Position numbers and translations under genes: made by a program. 64,000 nucleotides of DNA from Balanoglossus misakiensis (Eukaryota > Animalia > Hemichordata). Of this stretch, positions 13,801 to 28,800 are shown in pieces (the first letter of the stretch is position 1; each line of letters begins with the position of its first letter). The notes beneath the pieces were generated by a model. That model was not told the origin of the DNA. It did no database searches and worked only from the letters and a program-made list of their open reading frames with translations. Where the stretch lies: assembly GCA_040954595.2 (NCBI GenBank), contig CM082589.2, positions 7,003,186-7,067,185 on the forward strand, in the 5' to 3' direction.

Positions 13801-16800
13801 TGCATCGTTATCTCCAAAAAACATTTACGCGACTTTTTATTTTCACGCTATTTTGGCTCTCGCGTATTTGGCGAAAATTAATTGCTCGCAAAAATAAAGT
13901 GTCTCGATATCGCGAAAATTTCATCTCGTGAAAATAAAGTGTTTTTCAGTATGCAGCTTTGTAGCATAATTACATGGGGGGGGGGGCATAACTATAGTTG
14001 AACCATCTCAACTCAACCCTTATTTGGAAAGCTATCTGTACAGTACTTGACGGCTTTTTTCAGTTCTTTGTACACAGGGTGACATGTCATGTTAAGCGAA
14101 CCCCTTTAAACCGGACTCCTTTGTAAACTGAACATATTTGGCGTCCGGTTTGTAGTACTTTTCGGAAATGTTGATGATACACATTGTCAAGTTCACCCTC
14201 TGTAAAGTGTAAACCAGCTGCAGCATTGATATTATTTTAGGATGACTATCGGTATCACACATAACAGGCAGATAAATCATTAGAGTTGATTCCAAATCGT
14301 AATCATTTCCATGTCAGGGCCATAGATTATGCTCATTTGGATGTGAGAACTACGAAAGGAAAAATACCATTTTAATTATACAGTTTATATAGGATTCCCA
14401 GGGACTTAAAATCAACACACGTCAAAAACAACAACACAGTGCTGACAGTTTAATTAGTGTTGACAGTTCAGTAAAATGGTTATATAAGAAGCTATTACCA
14501 AGACTAATAACTGTCTGTGCCAACCATGAAGTGAAACGCTTGTTTTCGTGGCGTGGGATAACAAAAACAAGACCATTTTCAGTGCATTACAGTAAACTTT
14601 CACACCAAACTGCTCTGTAGTGTGAACAGCTAGCTGTGTGTGAAGAGAGCGCTGTATTTCTTTCAGGAGGAAGTAGTTTTATTTCGGTGAGAAACTCGTT
14701 AAAAACCTGAAAAGAGTAGACAGGTTTATGAACACAGTTTTATGGAAGCCAATCATAGGTCAAACAATATGATCTCAAAAAAAGGGCAGCAATTTAACAA
14801 TGTGTGATTTTAAGTAAACAATGTCATTCACTTGTATAGAATGGAGAGAGAGTTCGCCTTGTGGCCAAAAGAGAAAAATACGGAAGGGCTAGGCTGTTTG
14901 TCCAACCCCTTGCAATGATGACCATGTAATTAACTTTTAGATTTATTGACTCTTCTGTTGTGTGTGCGAAAGGCACTTCCCTCAATGCCTGTCACTGTCG
15001 GGTACCTTTGGGGTTTGGAAAGATCCAGTCCTCTGGATGTGGGTCATTAGTTGTTTGAAATTAACTGAGGTTGTGAATATACAGTCGATGAAAATACTGA
15101 TAATATTAGGCAAGTTGGAGTTCCGAATAAAGTTTGAGTTTTGAAAAAATTGAAAATGTGGCATATGAGTGAAAATTACTGTAAAACACTTTATTTTCGC
15201 GAGCAATAAATGTTCGCGCGAGCCAAAATAGCGTGAAAATAAAAAGTTGCATAATTTTTTTTAAAGATAACGATGCAGTGAATCAAATAAGAGAACGCGA
15301 AAATGAATACTCGCTAAACAGTGGCCTCTCTCGATATCGCAAAAATTTTAACTCACGAAAATAAAGTGTTTTTAATCTTAAACGTGTGAATGCGATAATG
15401 CACACTGACATGTTTAACCCTTTCAAGCCTGGCTTTCTGGGAACGTATCCGAATTTCTCCTATATATAGTGTATCCGGCCAGAAAGGGTTAAAATGGCAA
15501 CCGTACGTTTTGCCATAAAACTGAAAAGTTATCATAGTCAGAATTCTATTAAATGTGTAGTCAGCTTACACATAGCTGCTTCGGAGCGCAGGGACATGTA
15601 TATTGTAATTGTGTTTAGGAGTTCAGGTGACCTATATAGACTTACATTCGAAACATCACAGTCGTTCCAATAACAACATGGAGTTGTTACATAGTTACAG
15701 CAGATGATCCTGTGCCTCGCAGGATGCCTGTTTCATTTGATCAAGCGAACTGATATCCTGACTCTAAGGACGGAAGCATTGGCCGCAAGGTACCCACAGA
15801 GGAAGTTATTCCTCGAAAAGCATTGACTCGTTTTGTAATTAAAAACCTGCGATATAGCCGTCTGGTTTCGGTGCGTGTTCAGTTCAGGTCAAATAAAAAC
15901 TGCTTGATCATGCAGCAGACTTATGACAAGCAAGCAGGTGATCAAATGAAGAGATACCGTATTTATCAAGTGTATAATTTTACCATAATTTCAATTTATG
16001 CAGTCATTGCCTGGCTCAAAGCCAGTGTAAAGTGAATCCCGTCATTACAGGCACCTCTCTAATCAGGACACCTCAATTCCAGATCCAACTGGGTCCCTAT
16101 GGTGTCCTCACTACAGTACCATTATTTTACTTCCTCATTCAGTAGTACCAGTCCATTGTACGGTAAAACCTCTCTAAACTGAACACCAAAGGGACTGAAG
16201 AAATTATCTGGTTTGCAGAGGTGTACAATTTACATGTATAGAGGTTCAGTACTGAAATATACTGTAAAACACTTTATTTTCGCGAGCATTTAATTTTCGC
16301 CAAATACGCGAGAGCCAAAATAGCGTGAAAATAAAAAGTCGCGTAAATTGTTTGTGAAGATAACGCTGCAGTGAATGAAATAATAGACCGCGAAAATTAA
16401 TACTCGCGAATCAGTGGCCTCTCTCGATATCGCGAAAAATTTAACTCGCGAAAATAAAGTGTTTTACAGTACATGCATGTCAGCCTCTATACTATGCTTG
16501 GGACAAAACGTGCTTACCACAACCCCAGAAGTCTGCCCGCCATGACCCCACCCCTACACTCTACTGACTCTGTGTAATGTGACCCGCCAATAAATATTAG
16601 CCCAGCAAATAATTGTCTAACATCAATTCACAAAAAGTTGGCCTCAACCATTATAACAACGACCTGTACTTTACTTCGGGTCAAGGCGAGTCTGCAATGT
16701 CTACGCGTGACAGATGACGTCCTTGGGTCTCCGTGACTTTGTGAATGGGCCATGAAAATGCACGTAGCTTGAGAAAGAATAACTTCCGGGATTATTTTGT

Positions 16801-19800
16801 GCTCTGTCAGATTATAATGGATGCTCGCATTCGAAACCACTAATAAATGCAAAGCATATTGACAAATAAAACCGCGCATACAAAACATGATCGGTACATC
16901 AACCTGTTACTAGCATACATGGAAAGTATTACTATCCTTTGCGTGTCAGCTTGAATGAAAATTTCATTGTATATGCGACAGAATTTCAAATATTAGTAAA
17001 ATTAAATGTTGCGGAATATTTTTCTCCTATTCTGAAATTTGTGCAGTGACCTCTGGTTCTAGTATTTTTGATGAAATTCTTCCGTTGTCATCCTCAAATA
17101 ATTTACAATCCTGTCCTTGGACTTTCTGTTAGAACATGTCTGTAGTGAGACGAAATCTGCCCTTGGGGGTGTACACGCATATAGTTTTATGACTGATCAG
17201 ATTGATACCAGTAAGAATCTGGGAGATAAATTACGGAGAGATCACATGTAAGTCAGTGATAAAACCAGAAAATGAGAAAGTGTGAGAAAACTGAGTGCAA
17301 TTTCAGCAGTGAAAAAACTGATTAAAAGAGCGGTGTTGTCGATGGTCAAAAAACACAGTCAAGATGTAACTAGAAGGGTAAAATTTACTTTCCAGGGAAA
17401 CTATATTTCTAGTTCTGCATGTCCATTTCATTTCCTTTGAAACAGATAATGCAGCGAGATGTTACCAGTATCAGTGTGGCCTATCTGGCTATCATTCTCC
17501 TTGGTCAAAATGAGACCAGAATGTGTAAAACTTCCTGGTGAAACTTCGATTTCTAAATCTGTCCATTTCATTTCTCATTTCCTTTGAAACAGGTAACGCA
17601 GCGAGATGTTCCCGGTATCGATGTGGCCTATCTGGCCATGGACACAGAGGAAGGAGTTGAAGTTGTGTGGAACGAAGTTCAGTTTTCAGAAAGACGCAAT
17701 TTCAAGGCGCAAGAAGTGAGTATTCATTCAAACCACAATTTGTCTTGCTGGCTGTACCCATACTGGATACTGTAAAACGGATAATTTTCGCGAGCAATAA
17801 ATTTTTCGCGATATACGCGAGAGCCAAAAAACATGAAAATACAAAGTCGCGTAAAATGTTTTTCGGAGATAACGATGCAGTCAGTGAAATACGAGAACGC
17901 GAAAAATCAATCCTCGCGTAACATTTGCCGCTTTTGATATCGCGAAAATTTCCTGTCGCGAAAATAACCCGTTTTACAGTACATGCTGACTGTGACAACC
18001 TTGTTCGTTCTAAGCTGTGAACAGCTGGCTCCCATTCTAAAAGTCACTTACGGTGTTAAGGAATCAATAGCACCGTCGCCAATGTTAATTCGATTTGATT
18101 TCAACTGTCTGCCGCCAAAATGATTTACAGACTCGAGCTTACCGGGGCAGGTAGTGAGTGAGCGTTTATCAGATTTTGCCCTGGAGTGTTTGAAGATCTT
18201 GCGCCACAATTGCGTCCTGTCGGACTTCTACAATGTCGCAGTAAACGTGCAATGGTGACTTTATGTACCAAAAGTTATCTGGATTTGACCCAAAGTTTAT
18301 GTAAGCACAACAGTTGCACATGCAGATCTGGATTAGTCATGATTGAAATAGTATACCCAGTGCTTTGGTTAAGTATTGATCTTTAGATATAAAAGGTTAA
18401 TTGTGTCATCATCATTAGAACAAACTCACTGCAATTGCTATGTAAACAATAGGAAAATGTATACATGTACTTTGTATAACCAGAAAAGATAAAAATGTGT
18501 GACATTTTGAATTCAGAGTACAAGCTATGGGCTAGTGTTATTTTTAATCCTTCACCCCCCGTTTCCCTGTATAGGGGTCCAACACTGCTATAGATGGGAA
18601 CTGGTTGGACCAAACCATGGTGGTGAAAGAGGTGAAATAATTTACTCATTCCCTTGTTATGTACAGTGTACATCTTTCTTGATCATTCTTTTGAAAATGA
18701 CATTTTTTTTCTGTTTCCTTTTCAGGATAAAATTAAGCTGGTTTTCGATAATCTCATACAACTTGAGCATGTAAATATTGTAAAGTTTCACAAATACTGG
18801 ACTGACGTCAAGTCAGAAAAGCCTCGGGTAAGTTGGAGATGATTCTATTATTAGACTGAAATGATTTTGGTAACTTTACCCATTCTAATCTCCCTGTGGA
18901 CTCTAGAACTGAAAAATATGTGGGCATAAACAAGCTTGTAACTTGCACAAGCAATGGTGCAAAATTTAAAAGTTCAAAATCATATAGGATGTAGATGGTG
19001 CGATGTACTTTGATCATGTCATGTTTAGAAAAGAGCTGATCATACCTATTATGACCATAGAGGGCGCTGTGTGCCAGGAAATTGGAGTCGGTCGGAAGTT
19101 GAGAAATATTTCCAAAGTTAGGGGGAAAAGTAATAAATATTTTTACGTTGTATAATGTAATCAAGATGCGATAATTGATGAAGAAAAACACAAGGCATTT
19201 CTGAATGAGCGTTTGAAAATGGGTATTGCATACCGGCATGTAGGATTGATCACCTTCAAGATTGATACTATGTCGCTGTCGCAGCTTAAACAAGGCGTCG
19301 TGCGTCAGAGCTGTTTCATGTATTGTTCATTGCATAAAACCCTTAGGCACTACCAATTCATCATCTGTAATAGTTCATATTTTTTTAGTTCAACCATAAT
19401 AGCTCACGTATGGTAATTATGAATCCAGGTTTTTCACTGTGATGCAAGTCTGTTTTGTACCGTACTGACTACTGTACTACTAGTATATATACTGCATTGA
19501 ATTGTATTATGTACACTTATTGTACTGTACTGTACTGTACTGTACTGTACTGTACTGTACTGTACTGTACCAAACGTCAGATTTTTTAGATACAAAAATA
19601 TAGTATGGCAGAATAAAATCTCCCGCATAGCCATATGCCTCAATTAATTCCCTAACCACATTGCCACGTACATACTCGGTATTAAAGATCATGTGATTAG
19701 TCACATGACCTGTGACCATTGCATCACATGCAGGCATTGACAGCGTGGCACAATTTTGTTACTCAGTTTTCAATTGTTCACATATTTTTTCTATTCGATC

Positions 19801-22800
19801 ACAAACAGTGACAAATTGAGGCGTTATTTGCAAGTAATAGGAATCTACCAGCACACTCACCATCCCGCCAGCAAAACTTGCAAGCACGACTCAAAAAAAC
19901 CCCAAAAAAACGTGCATTTCAATTCAATTGTTCATTCATCATTTGTAGTATACAAACCACCGTCAGGTAAAACCTGACAAATAAAACTACCCACGGTTAA
20001 TCTAAATTCTCACATTTCCAAAAAGTGTGACGGTATATATTGCAACATGTTGTGAATCATATAATTTGCATCGTGGTCTCCATTCACACTGTGCTTGGGG
20101 GACTTTTAGCTAGACATTTAGTACTGCTGAAGAATTCACAATTTACTCGTGCTTTAGTCACTGTTTTGTACAATGGCAATAATCATGAAAATAATGTTGA
20201 AATGATTCAAACTGACTTAACAACTTTTTTCCCCCGAACCTACAGGTTATTTTCATTACAGAATATATGTCATCAGGCTCCCTCAAGCAATTTCTCAAGA
20301 GAACCAAGAAGAACAAGAAAACGATCAACGAGAAATCTTGGAAGAGATGGTGTACGCAGATTTTATCTGCTCTGAGGTGAGTGCAGTGGTGTGCTGGGGT
20401 CGACAAATTATACGAGTTGAAATATATTCTTATCTACAGCTGGGAATTTGATGGTTTTCTGTAATATGGATCTTAAAGATATGGATAATTCTCGTTGCAT
20501 GGAGATTGATACTTAGCCCTACCTAGCGATTGATTCTGGGAAATACTTTGGTATGACCAAATGATTTTCATTGTATGGTTATTGAAAAATATCATTGTCT
20601 AGGGTCTGAGTGTGAATAATTTTTCATAGTGCAGAAATTGAAAAATTAGCCTTGCCTAGATATTTAGATTTGTCAAATTGGTGATGTTTATCGTATGGCT
20701 TTTGAAAAACGTCCTTGTGTTGTGTCTGAGTGGATAACATTTCATGAAACGGAAATTGAAAATTACACTTGCCAAGGGATTTGGAGTTTAGTGATTTCCA
20801 GGAATGATATTGAAAATTATCCTTACTTTAAGGGGGCCTAGGTTTGGTTGATTTTCACAGCGAGACTTTTGACAGTTCACAAAAATTCATTTCTGTTCCA
20901 TTTTCGGGAGAAAAGTTTGATGAGCTATGAAATTCCAAGTAGTTTTCGTTGTCATGGTTACATGTCTAGTCTGGTGTGTAGTACAGAAAATGACGTTATT
21001 GGTTATCGTCAGACAAAATTTATCATTCTGAGTCTGTAACCTTGCTAATGGGTATTGTGCAGAATAAAATATGGTGATTTGTTTTGACATGGACTGCTCC
21101 GTGGTTATTTTATTAATGAGTTTTGTCATAGCCTTGTCCTAGAAAATTCTTAGTTGTTTGTTACAGAAATAGATGTTTTCGTCCCATGGTACACTTTGAG
21201 CAGAATACTAATTAACCACTTATGTTTATTTTAATTAAAAAGACTACAGATGTCCGAACCAGTGGTGATGTATTGTTTTTTACTGCCACCAGAAAATTCC
21301 CAAGTTGGAAACTAGGCTTTAATATAGAAATCTGACCAGTTAGTCAATTCTCTGGGGTCTGTGTGAGGCTTTGTAACCTCTTCACCACAATGGTTTAGCC
21401 CGACTCTGTGGTTTTCAGTGATAGTGCCGGACCTCTGTGCAGAGAAATGGGGATGGTACATAAAATTCCTGTTCATGTCCCAGGAACTGTTTGGAATCTT
21501 GAATTTGCAAATTGAACCTTGCGAGGTCACAGACAGTAATGAGTCACCTACACTGTTGGTTAGATTACAGATATTGAATAGATGATATGATACTGATATA
21601 AGCCTGACTGGTGACACTGTGTCATATAAAACAAATTTTCTACCAATTTGAATATTTATTTCAGTTAGCGAAATACACAATAACTTTTCCAAATGAGCTC
21701 ATCCCCCCCCCCCAAAAAAAAAGATTATTCCTCCTAACTAGTTGCCGCTATTTCACATTTTCATGCATTTTTTTTTCATGCAATTTTACTGTACAGGACA
21801 TAATTCAATTTCGCTCTCACTTTGTTAATTTGGACCGTGTAACTCACTGTGTCTGATCAGTTCTGTCTAATGTACTTATTCAAATTGTGTGACACTGCAT
21901 AGGTGACTCATCACTGTCTGTAACAGACCGACAAGTAGAACAAAAATGGTGAAACAGTTAAATAAAGAATGTCACATAAAAAGATATACCCCCAAAAAAT
22001 ATAAAGTACCTACCTAGTATTTGATACAAAAATTAGAAGTCTTATTTCAGTGTGTTGACAGTAATTACTATAGCCCCCATAAATTAAAGGGACATTAGTT
22101 GTAACTTGATAATTTATTGTTTATTTTCACCAGTTATTTACATTCCTGTCAGCCACCCATCATCCATGGAAATCTGACCTGTGATACAATCTTTATTCAG
22201 CACAACGGACTTATAAAAATAGGATCAGGTGAGAAAAATTTCCCTTTGTGTTTTTGCACATTTTCACTAGTTTCGTAATATTTAGGTAATTTATCTTATA
22301 TTGTGGTAGGTATCAAGTATTGTGATATTGTAGATGTAACACTAACAATGTATTCTGTCAGAGTAAGTTAGTCGTAGCATCCATAGGGTAGTATTTGCCT
22401 TGCCTAGATTCCCCTCTCTCCACACAATTCCTATGTATTATGTGTCGTCTTTGAAGGAGACAGTTGGAACTAATACTGGGGTCAAAGGTCGTGTGATAAC
22501 CAAGCATATGTCAGAATGCGACGAAAAAGTGACAACTTTTTGTTTCACATTGTGGAGATTGTCACAGTTATTCGAGACGTTGTTTCGTCTCTGCTACATT
22601 TGAACGCTGTGGTGTTAGTAAATAACCACGAAGGGTGCGGTTCCAACAACTGGGTCACCCATCGCATGGGTATATCCAATTATCAGTGAAGCAAGACCCA
22701 GCAATGTCAAAGTGGCTATGTGTGAAGAATGCAAGGAAACTTTTTCCCCCAAGAGGCATAAATGCAGTGCCCACAATACCAGGCTTGCTATTTGAGGATG

Positions 22801-25800
22801 GCCAGATCAAAATCCAGAGCAAGGTGTTATGTATTGTACTTGTAGTGCCCTTGAGTGTGACAATATACTTCTTCTCTGCTGCCCAGGAGGTGGTGGGTAC
22901 CTGTGTCTGTAGAATGGGCTTTTCTCCCATTGCTAAATTATCACTTGATTTCCAGCAAAATAAAACTACAAAGACTAGCTATGAAAAATTTACCCATAGT
23001 ATATAACATACAATGACGTTGACTTGACAAATTGCTTGACAATTGTCAGTTATTGTATATATTTATTTTGTTAATATAAAGCATCACCATAATTGAATTG
23101 CTAGAATATATCCATTGCTTTGTTGAAAGTAGTGTGTCACACACAACTTCTTATTTGCAATGTCCTGTTGTGCCGGATACTAAAATTATCTGAAATGACA
23201 GACATATTTCGCACTTGGCAGCATCCTGTGTGCGACCGTGATACAACACAAAGCAGAGATGGTATCACACAGTTTGGACTGTCACATTATCTGGGCTTCA
23301 GCGATGTACGGCCCTCAAAATACATCCGACAGAAATTTGGAACATGTGGGGCATGATGTGTGGAAGTATGCCAGTCATGTGCTGGTCACAGTTGACCTCC
23401 GTACCCGGGCCTCCCGAATGGAATCATTTTTGTGTTCTCCAAATATCACAGTGCTGAAATGGCTCCTCCTGTACGTGGCACTTTGCATGCATGATTTGCA
23501 TATGACATATTTAAACAATTTGCATTTCTTGTCACATGACCCATTCTGGCCAATCATGGTACAGCAGGAGGATGAAGTCCGTTATAATTAAATTTCCCGG
23601 TGGTAGAAATCTGTAATACCATTATACATCATAGTATATGTGTATGGTAGACTCTTTATACTTAATGTTCTGTGATGTATTTTCAATTGTTGCATGTTTA
23701 CCACAGCATGTAACTCATTCACCCCAACCATCATTCCTTCTAAAATCCCCCCCCCCCAAAAAAAAAATTTTTTTGAACAAATCTTTTGAAAGTAGTGACT
23801 TAAATAGGCAGGCTTTTGGTTATTTGAACTGAGATACAGAAATTCAGTATTTTTATCCTATCTCTGTCAAGTACCAACTATCTACACGTAGTTCAGTGTC
23901 TAGTCGTCTTGTCTTCCACTTTTCATGAAGCTATCCTTAAAACTTTTCTGCTTTTACATAATCTATACTTAGGTGTGCTTAGTTGGTGTACAATATTAAC
24001 CCTTTCACCCCCCCCCCCCATTCTCTTTAAATGGGCCCTCCTATGCCACTGGAAACAATGGGTGCCACCAATATGCGGTGGTGACAGGGTTGAAGACTCA
24101 CAGTCTGTAACTGAATAGTTTTGGTTGCAAAGGCCAGTTGTGTTTGTTCTTGCGGACACAAGTACAATCACAGATGTGAGAAATGATTTACGAGGACGGA
24201 TTTTTCGAGCTAAATTTTTTTTCGTCAGATGGTGCATGGCTGCCCGCATGCAATGTCACAACCGGGTCAAAAACCGTTAACAGTTGCGAATTCTTCAAAG
24301 GGAAAAAATACAATTGCAGACTGTTTGTCTTCACACACCAATTTCTGTATCAGTGGCAACACAGTAACTTTCCATTGAACCAGACAAGGCATCTAACGTC
24401 ACTCTCCTTTCTGTTTATCTTCACTTTTTTTTCATCCTTTCTTTCCTTTCTTGTGCATTTTTTGATTTCGATTGATAGTTGGTTACTTCGAGCGGAAGCT
24501 AATAACGGGTGAGCACCTCGATCACCAATGTATCTTTTAAGGTGGGCATGGGTCAGATTGAGAAGAGAAAAAAATTCACTTTGGATGTACCACACTTATG
24601 CTTGAAATGCATCACAGTAAAATCAACCAAATTCTAGAGAGAGAGAAATCTATAGGATGCTTGTTTTGGAGACGATCTCACAGAAACTTCTGAACATTCG
24701 TATGTTTACAACTTGCCTAACATACCACTGGCGTAATGCGCTGCATTTCAGTTATTTCATTTTGAATTTGAATCCTCTTTCCTTTTATTTATTAGAAACC
24801 TATATATCAGTTTTCCACCGCTAGTTTTTTCAACTCAACATTCTGACAAACTTTTGTTTCATTTGACCCCCACCCCCCTTAAATGTAGTTTCCTTAATTC
24901 TTAACACATACAAAAATCACGGTTGAATAAAAATTAAAGTTACCTGGAGATGGCTCATGATGAGTAAGCTAAGCTTGGGCCATAGGGTCACATCTCATAT
25001 ATTTGTCATGCCGTTTGCGAAGCATTAAAGGGACAAAGTCCCTCTCTCGCTGCCCTTTTTCCGTTAATTAGGTTTGATACAAGACACTGTTTATGTTATT
25101 CTACGTGTGGACATGTAGTGAATGAACGTTCAACCACACACAACTTCCATCCCACTTGTATGATATGAGAGTAAAAACTTGCCCAAAATGAATAAATGGT
25201 ACAGACCGATTATTCATTTTGGCGAGTTTTTCACTCTAGTGTCGACAAATGGGATGGAAGGTGTGTGTGGTTGAACGTTGATTCACTATATATCCACATA
25301 TACATTAACATAAACAATGTCTTGTATCAAACGTAATTAATGGAAAAGGGGCAGCGAGAGAGAGACTTTGTCCTTTTAAAAAAAGATGTCGTGGTTTGCT
25401 CATTATGCTGTAACCAAAGATCACTATGTCACCAGCTTTGTCGCGAATACTTAAGTATTCACTCCAGCAACTACTTTCAATTCATGCAGAAACTGTTTTA
25501 TGGATAGCCCAAGTGATTCCTGGCAAATTCTGATAAAAAAATATATGTATCAAAACCAAGCATTTTTCGTAAAAATCAAGAAACACTTTGAAAGTAGTTC
25601 TCAGACAAAGATGGTAACGTTTTAAAAACTTGGTGAAATATAAAATGCCATCCTCTACATTTTACATTGCACTACTTTTGTTAATTTTCACCTCCCTAGT
25701 TATGCCATGTTTGCAGTTTTTATAGCCAATGTTTCCAAAGTATCCTCCCTATAGCAGAGATGAAAATGTTCACTTTGATTTGTTGTTTTCTTTGACAGTT

Positions 25801-28800
25801 GCACCTGACACCATCCATAACCATGTCAAAACCTTCCGCGAAGAACAGAAAAACATGCATTACATTGCCCCAGAGTATGGCGGTAAGTGAATTAGACTTC
25901 TGCAGATGAATCGACTTGAGAAGGTGCTGATTCAATGCTAGATTAAAATGGGCATTAACTTGTAACTTTTGATGATTTGTTGTTCTGGATATTGACGGTA
26001 GTATGTAGACATACTCAATAAAAAATGCAGAACCCCCTCAAAAATGAACACTAGGTTTGGTGGAATTAGTGGAAGATGAAACATTGCAGCTTCTATCGAC
26101 ATCAAATGGGCCATAGCGGATGTCTTTTGATGTATGACAGTTTCGGAAAAATCAAGAATCTTCAGAAAGGTCAACAGCTTTTATTTGTCTGTATTCACAT
26201 GAAGAGAGGGTTCTGTCAAAAAATAATTTTTACTCGTAAAAGATCAACAACTTTACATTTATAGGATAGAGCTCTCCTCCCATGTCATAGAAATTAATTC
26301 AGATTTAAATCATAATCTTTGATGTGCGTGCTTTTGTAGGTATGACAGGAGAAGTGACCACTGCGGTGGATATCTATGCATTTGGTGTGTGCGCATTGGA
26401 GATGGCTGTGCTGGGACTACAAAGTAATGGAGACGGCTCGTTCATTCCCAGAGAGACCATTGAGGCAGCGATGGCTAAAATTGAAAACAGAAAGCAGTCG
26501 GTAAGTCGCTACAAATTGAAGTAAATTCACGAGTCAAATTCATCGTGCAGCTGCGCCCTTCACTGGTGCAGTGCAGTGCGCCCTGTAAATCAAATATGGC
26601 TGCCAAGTCCCAATAATCCAAGATGGCCGCTGTTTGCAGTGCCCCTTATCAACCAATATGGCCGCCAATCATTCTGTTTTCCCCTGAAATGTGAGCATTC
26701 TTTGAGAGTGGGCTGACTTTGACCTCAGGATTTGGCTACTTATTCTTGGGCTGACTGAAAACCACAGCCAGAATTTATTCTGTTTTTTTTTTACTGTCAA
26801 TCAGGATTTCATCCGGACCTGCCTGACCAAAGATGTTACAAAGAGACCGACAGCGAGAATCCTGTTGTTTCATCAAATATTGTTTGAAGTTCATTCACTT
26901 AAACTCCTAGCTGCTCATAATTTTGTAAACAATGAAAGTAAGTAACTGCCACAATCCTCTGCCATTGACTATATATTGAAACGTTGTTACTACTACCAGA
27001 TAACTTTATTGAAAACTTTACTGACTAAATTTCCTATTGATTAGGATTACTGCCAGATAACTTATCAGATGATGCCGTAGATAAAAAGAAAGACGATGCA
27101 GAAGATAAAATTATCGCTGACATCAGGCATACAGATGGTCGGGAAGGCGTGCAATGGAAGTAAGTGCAGTGGTTGAACATACGACTCCCTAGGTCATATC
27201 CAGTGGGAATTGGACTCCCTGAGTGAGCACAGAGAATGTTCTAGCTGCCTGATTTATACTGCTGAATGTTTTTATGCCCAAGTTTAGTCAAGTTATCATA
27301 ATCTGAGTATGAGCAGTGTTCAAAACGTCCAAGTCATCTGAAATCAAGTATTAAAGTAAGCACCATTCTGAAATCTTAACTGTGGGTTGTGTTACAGATA
27401 TTCCCAGGTTCCTACATTACAGTTAGAGAAGTTCCTAGAAGATGTCAAGTAAGTATGCTTCGGCCCACCAGCTATCATTTGTTCTCGCTGAGAATAGGGT
27501 ATGCTATAAGACAATCTGAAATCATCTGGCACCTCCTTATAAAATCCCGTTTGTTAAACATGACAAAAATCTGCCATCTTGATTGTCATCACTGACCTAA
27601 GCATCAAAATCCTATTTAAGGACAGAAATCTGCCATCTTGATTTTCATCGCTGACCTAAGCATCAAAATCCTATTTAAGGACAGAAATCTGCCATCTTGA
27701 TTTTCATCACTGACCTAAGCAGCAAAATCCTATTTCAGGACAGAAATATGCCATCTTGATTCTCATCACTGACCTAAGCAGCAAAAACCCTATTTAAAGG
27801 TAGTGAGAATTGTAATATGTAAATCCTGTGCGTTATTTTCGCCTGTCTTTCAGGAACGGCATCTATCCCTTGACAGCATTTGCATTGCCAGAGCCTCAGC
27901 CGGTCAAGCCCCGCCCTCCCACACCGGAGGTGGCGGAGTCGGTCAAAAGCACCACACCGGAGCCAGGGGATGTCGAACAGAGACAAATCTTGCAGATCAT
28001 GCAGTGCAATGTCACCAAGCAACTGCCTGAGGACAGTCAAGAAAAACAGCTACATGTAAGTGATCGTGCAAATAAGTCACTTCAAGGTATACGGTCACCT
28101 ATGGAAAATTAGCTATAGTTACCATGGCAAATTGAGATCAAGCCAATCACATATTTTCAGTAGGTGGCACACGCAAAAAAAGAGCGCCACCATATGTTCT
28201 TTAGAACCCTCAAATACGCCATTTCTGCCATATATGGACGTATGTAAATTGGAGGTGACTGTATACCTTAACGTGTCAAACTGTAATCTCTCATTTTAAT
28301 ACTTCCTTGTAACCATTCCTATTTTTGAAGAAAAAAAATCCATCTTTCTATTGAGGACAGAAAATAATCTGTGCACAGATACTGAAAGGGTCTGTTTTGA
28401 ATGTATTCCGTGATTATTTCACACAGAAACTGACCATTATTTTACGGATGGACGACAAAATGAACCGCCACCTGACCTGTGATTTCACACCAGAAGACAA
28501 TGCTTTTTTGCTGGCCGAAGAATTAGTGCATTACGGTTTCATCAATATGGTAAGTTTTTGAATGACTAGTGAAGAACGCTGTTGTCATTTTCATCATTAA
28601 GAATGATTGGCGGCCATATTGGTTGATAAGGGGCACTGCAAACGGCGGCCATGTTGGATTATTGGGACTTGGCAGCCATATTTGATTTACAGGGCGCACT
28701 GCACTACACCAGTGAAGGGCACAGTTCATACAAAATGTGGCTGTCATTAAAAATCTCAAAATAATTTTGAAAAAAAAAAAATTGATCGTTTTATTGTTCT

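Noticed and set aside
27567-27800. Regular repeats resembling a CRISPR array
   Set aside because: Head-to-tail 59-bp minisatellite without spacers.
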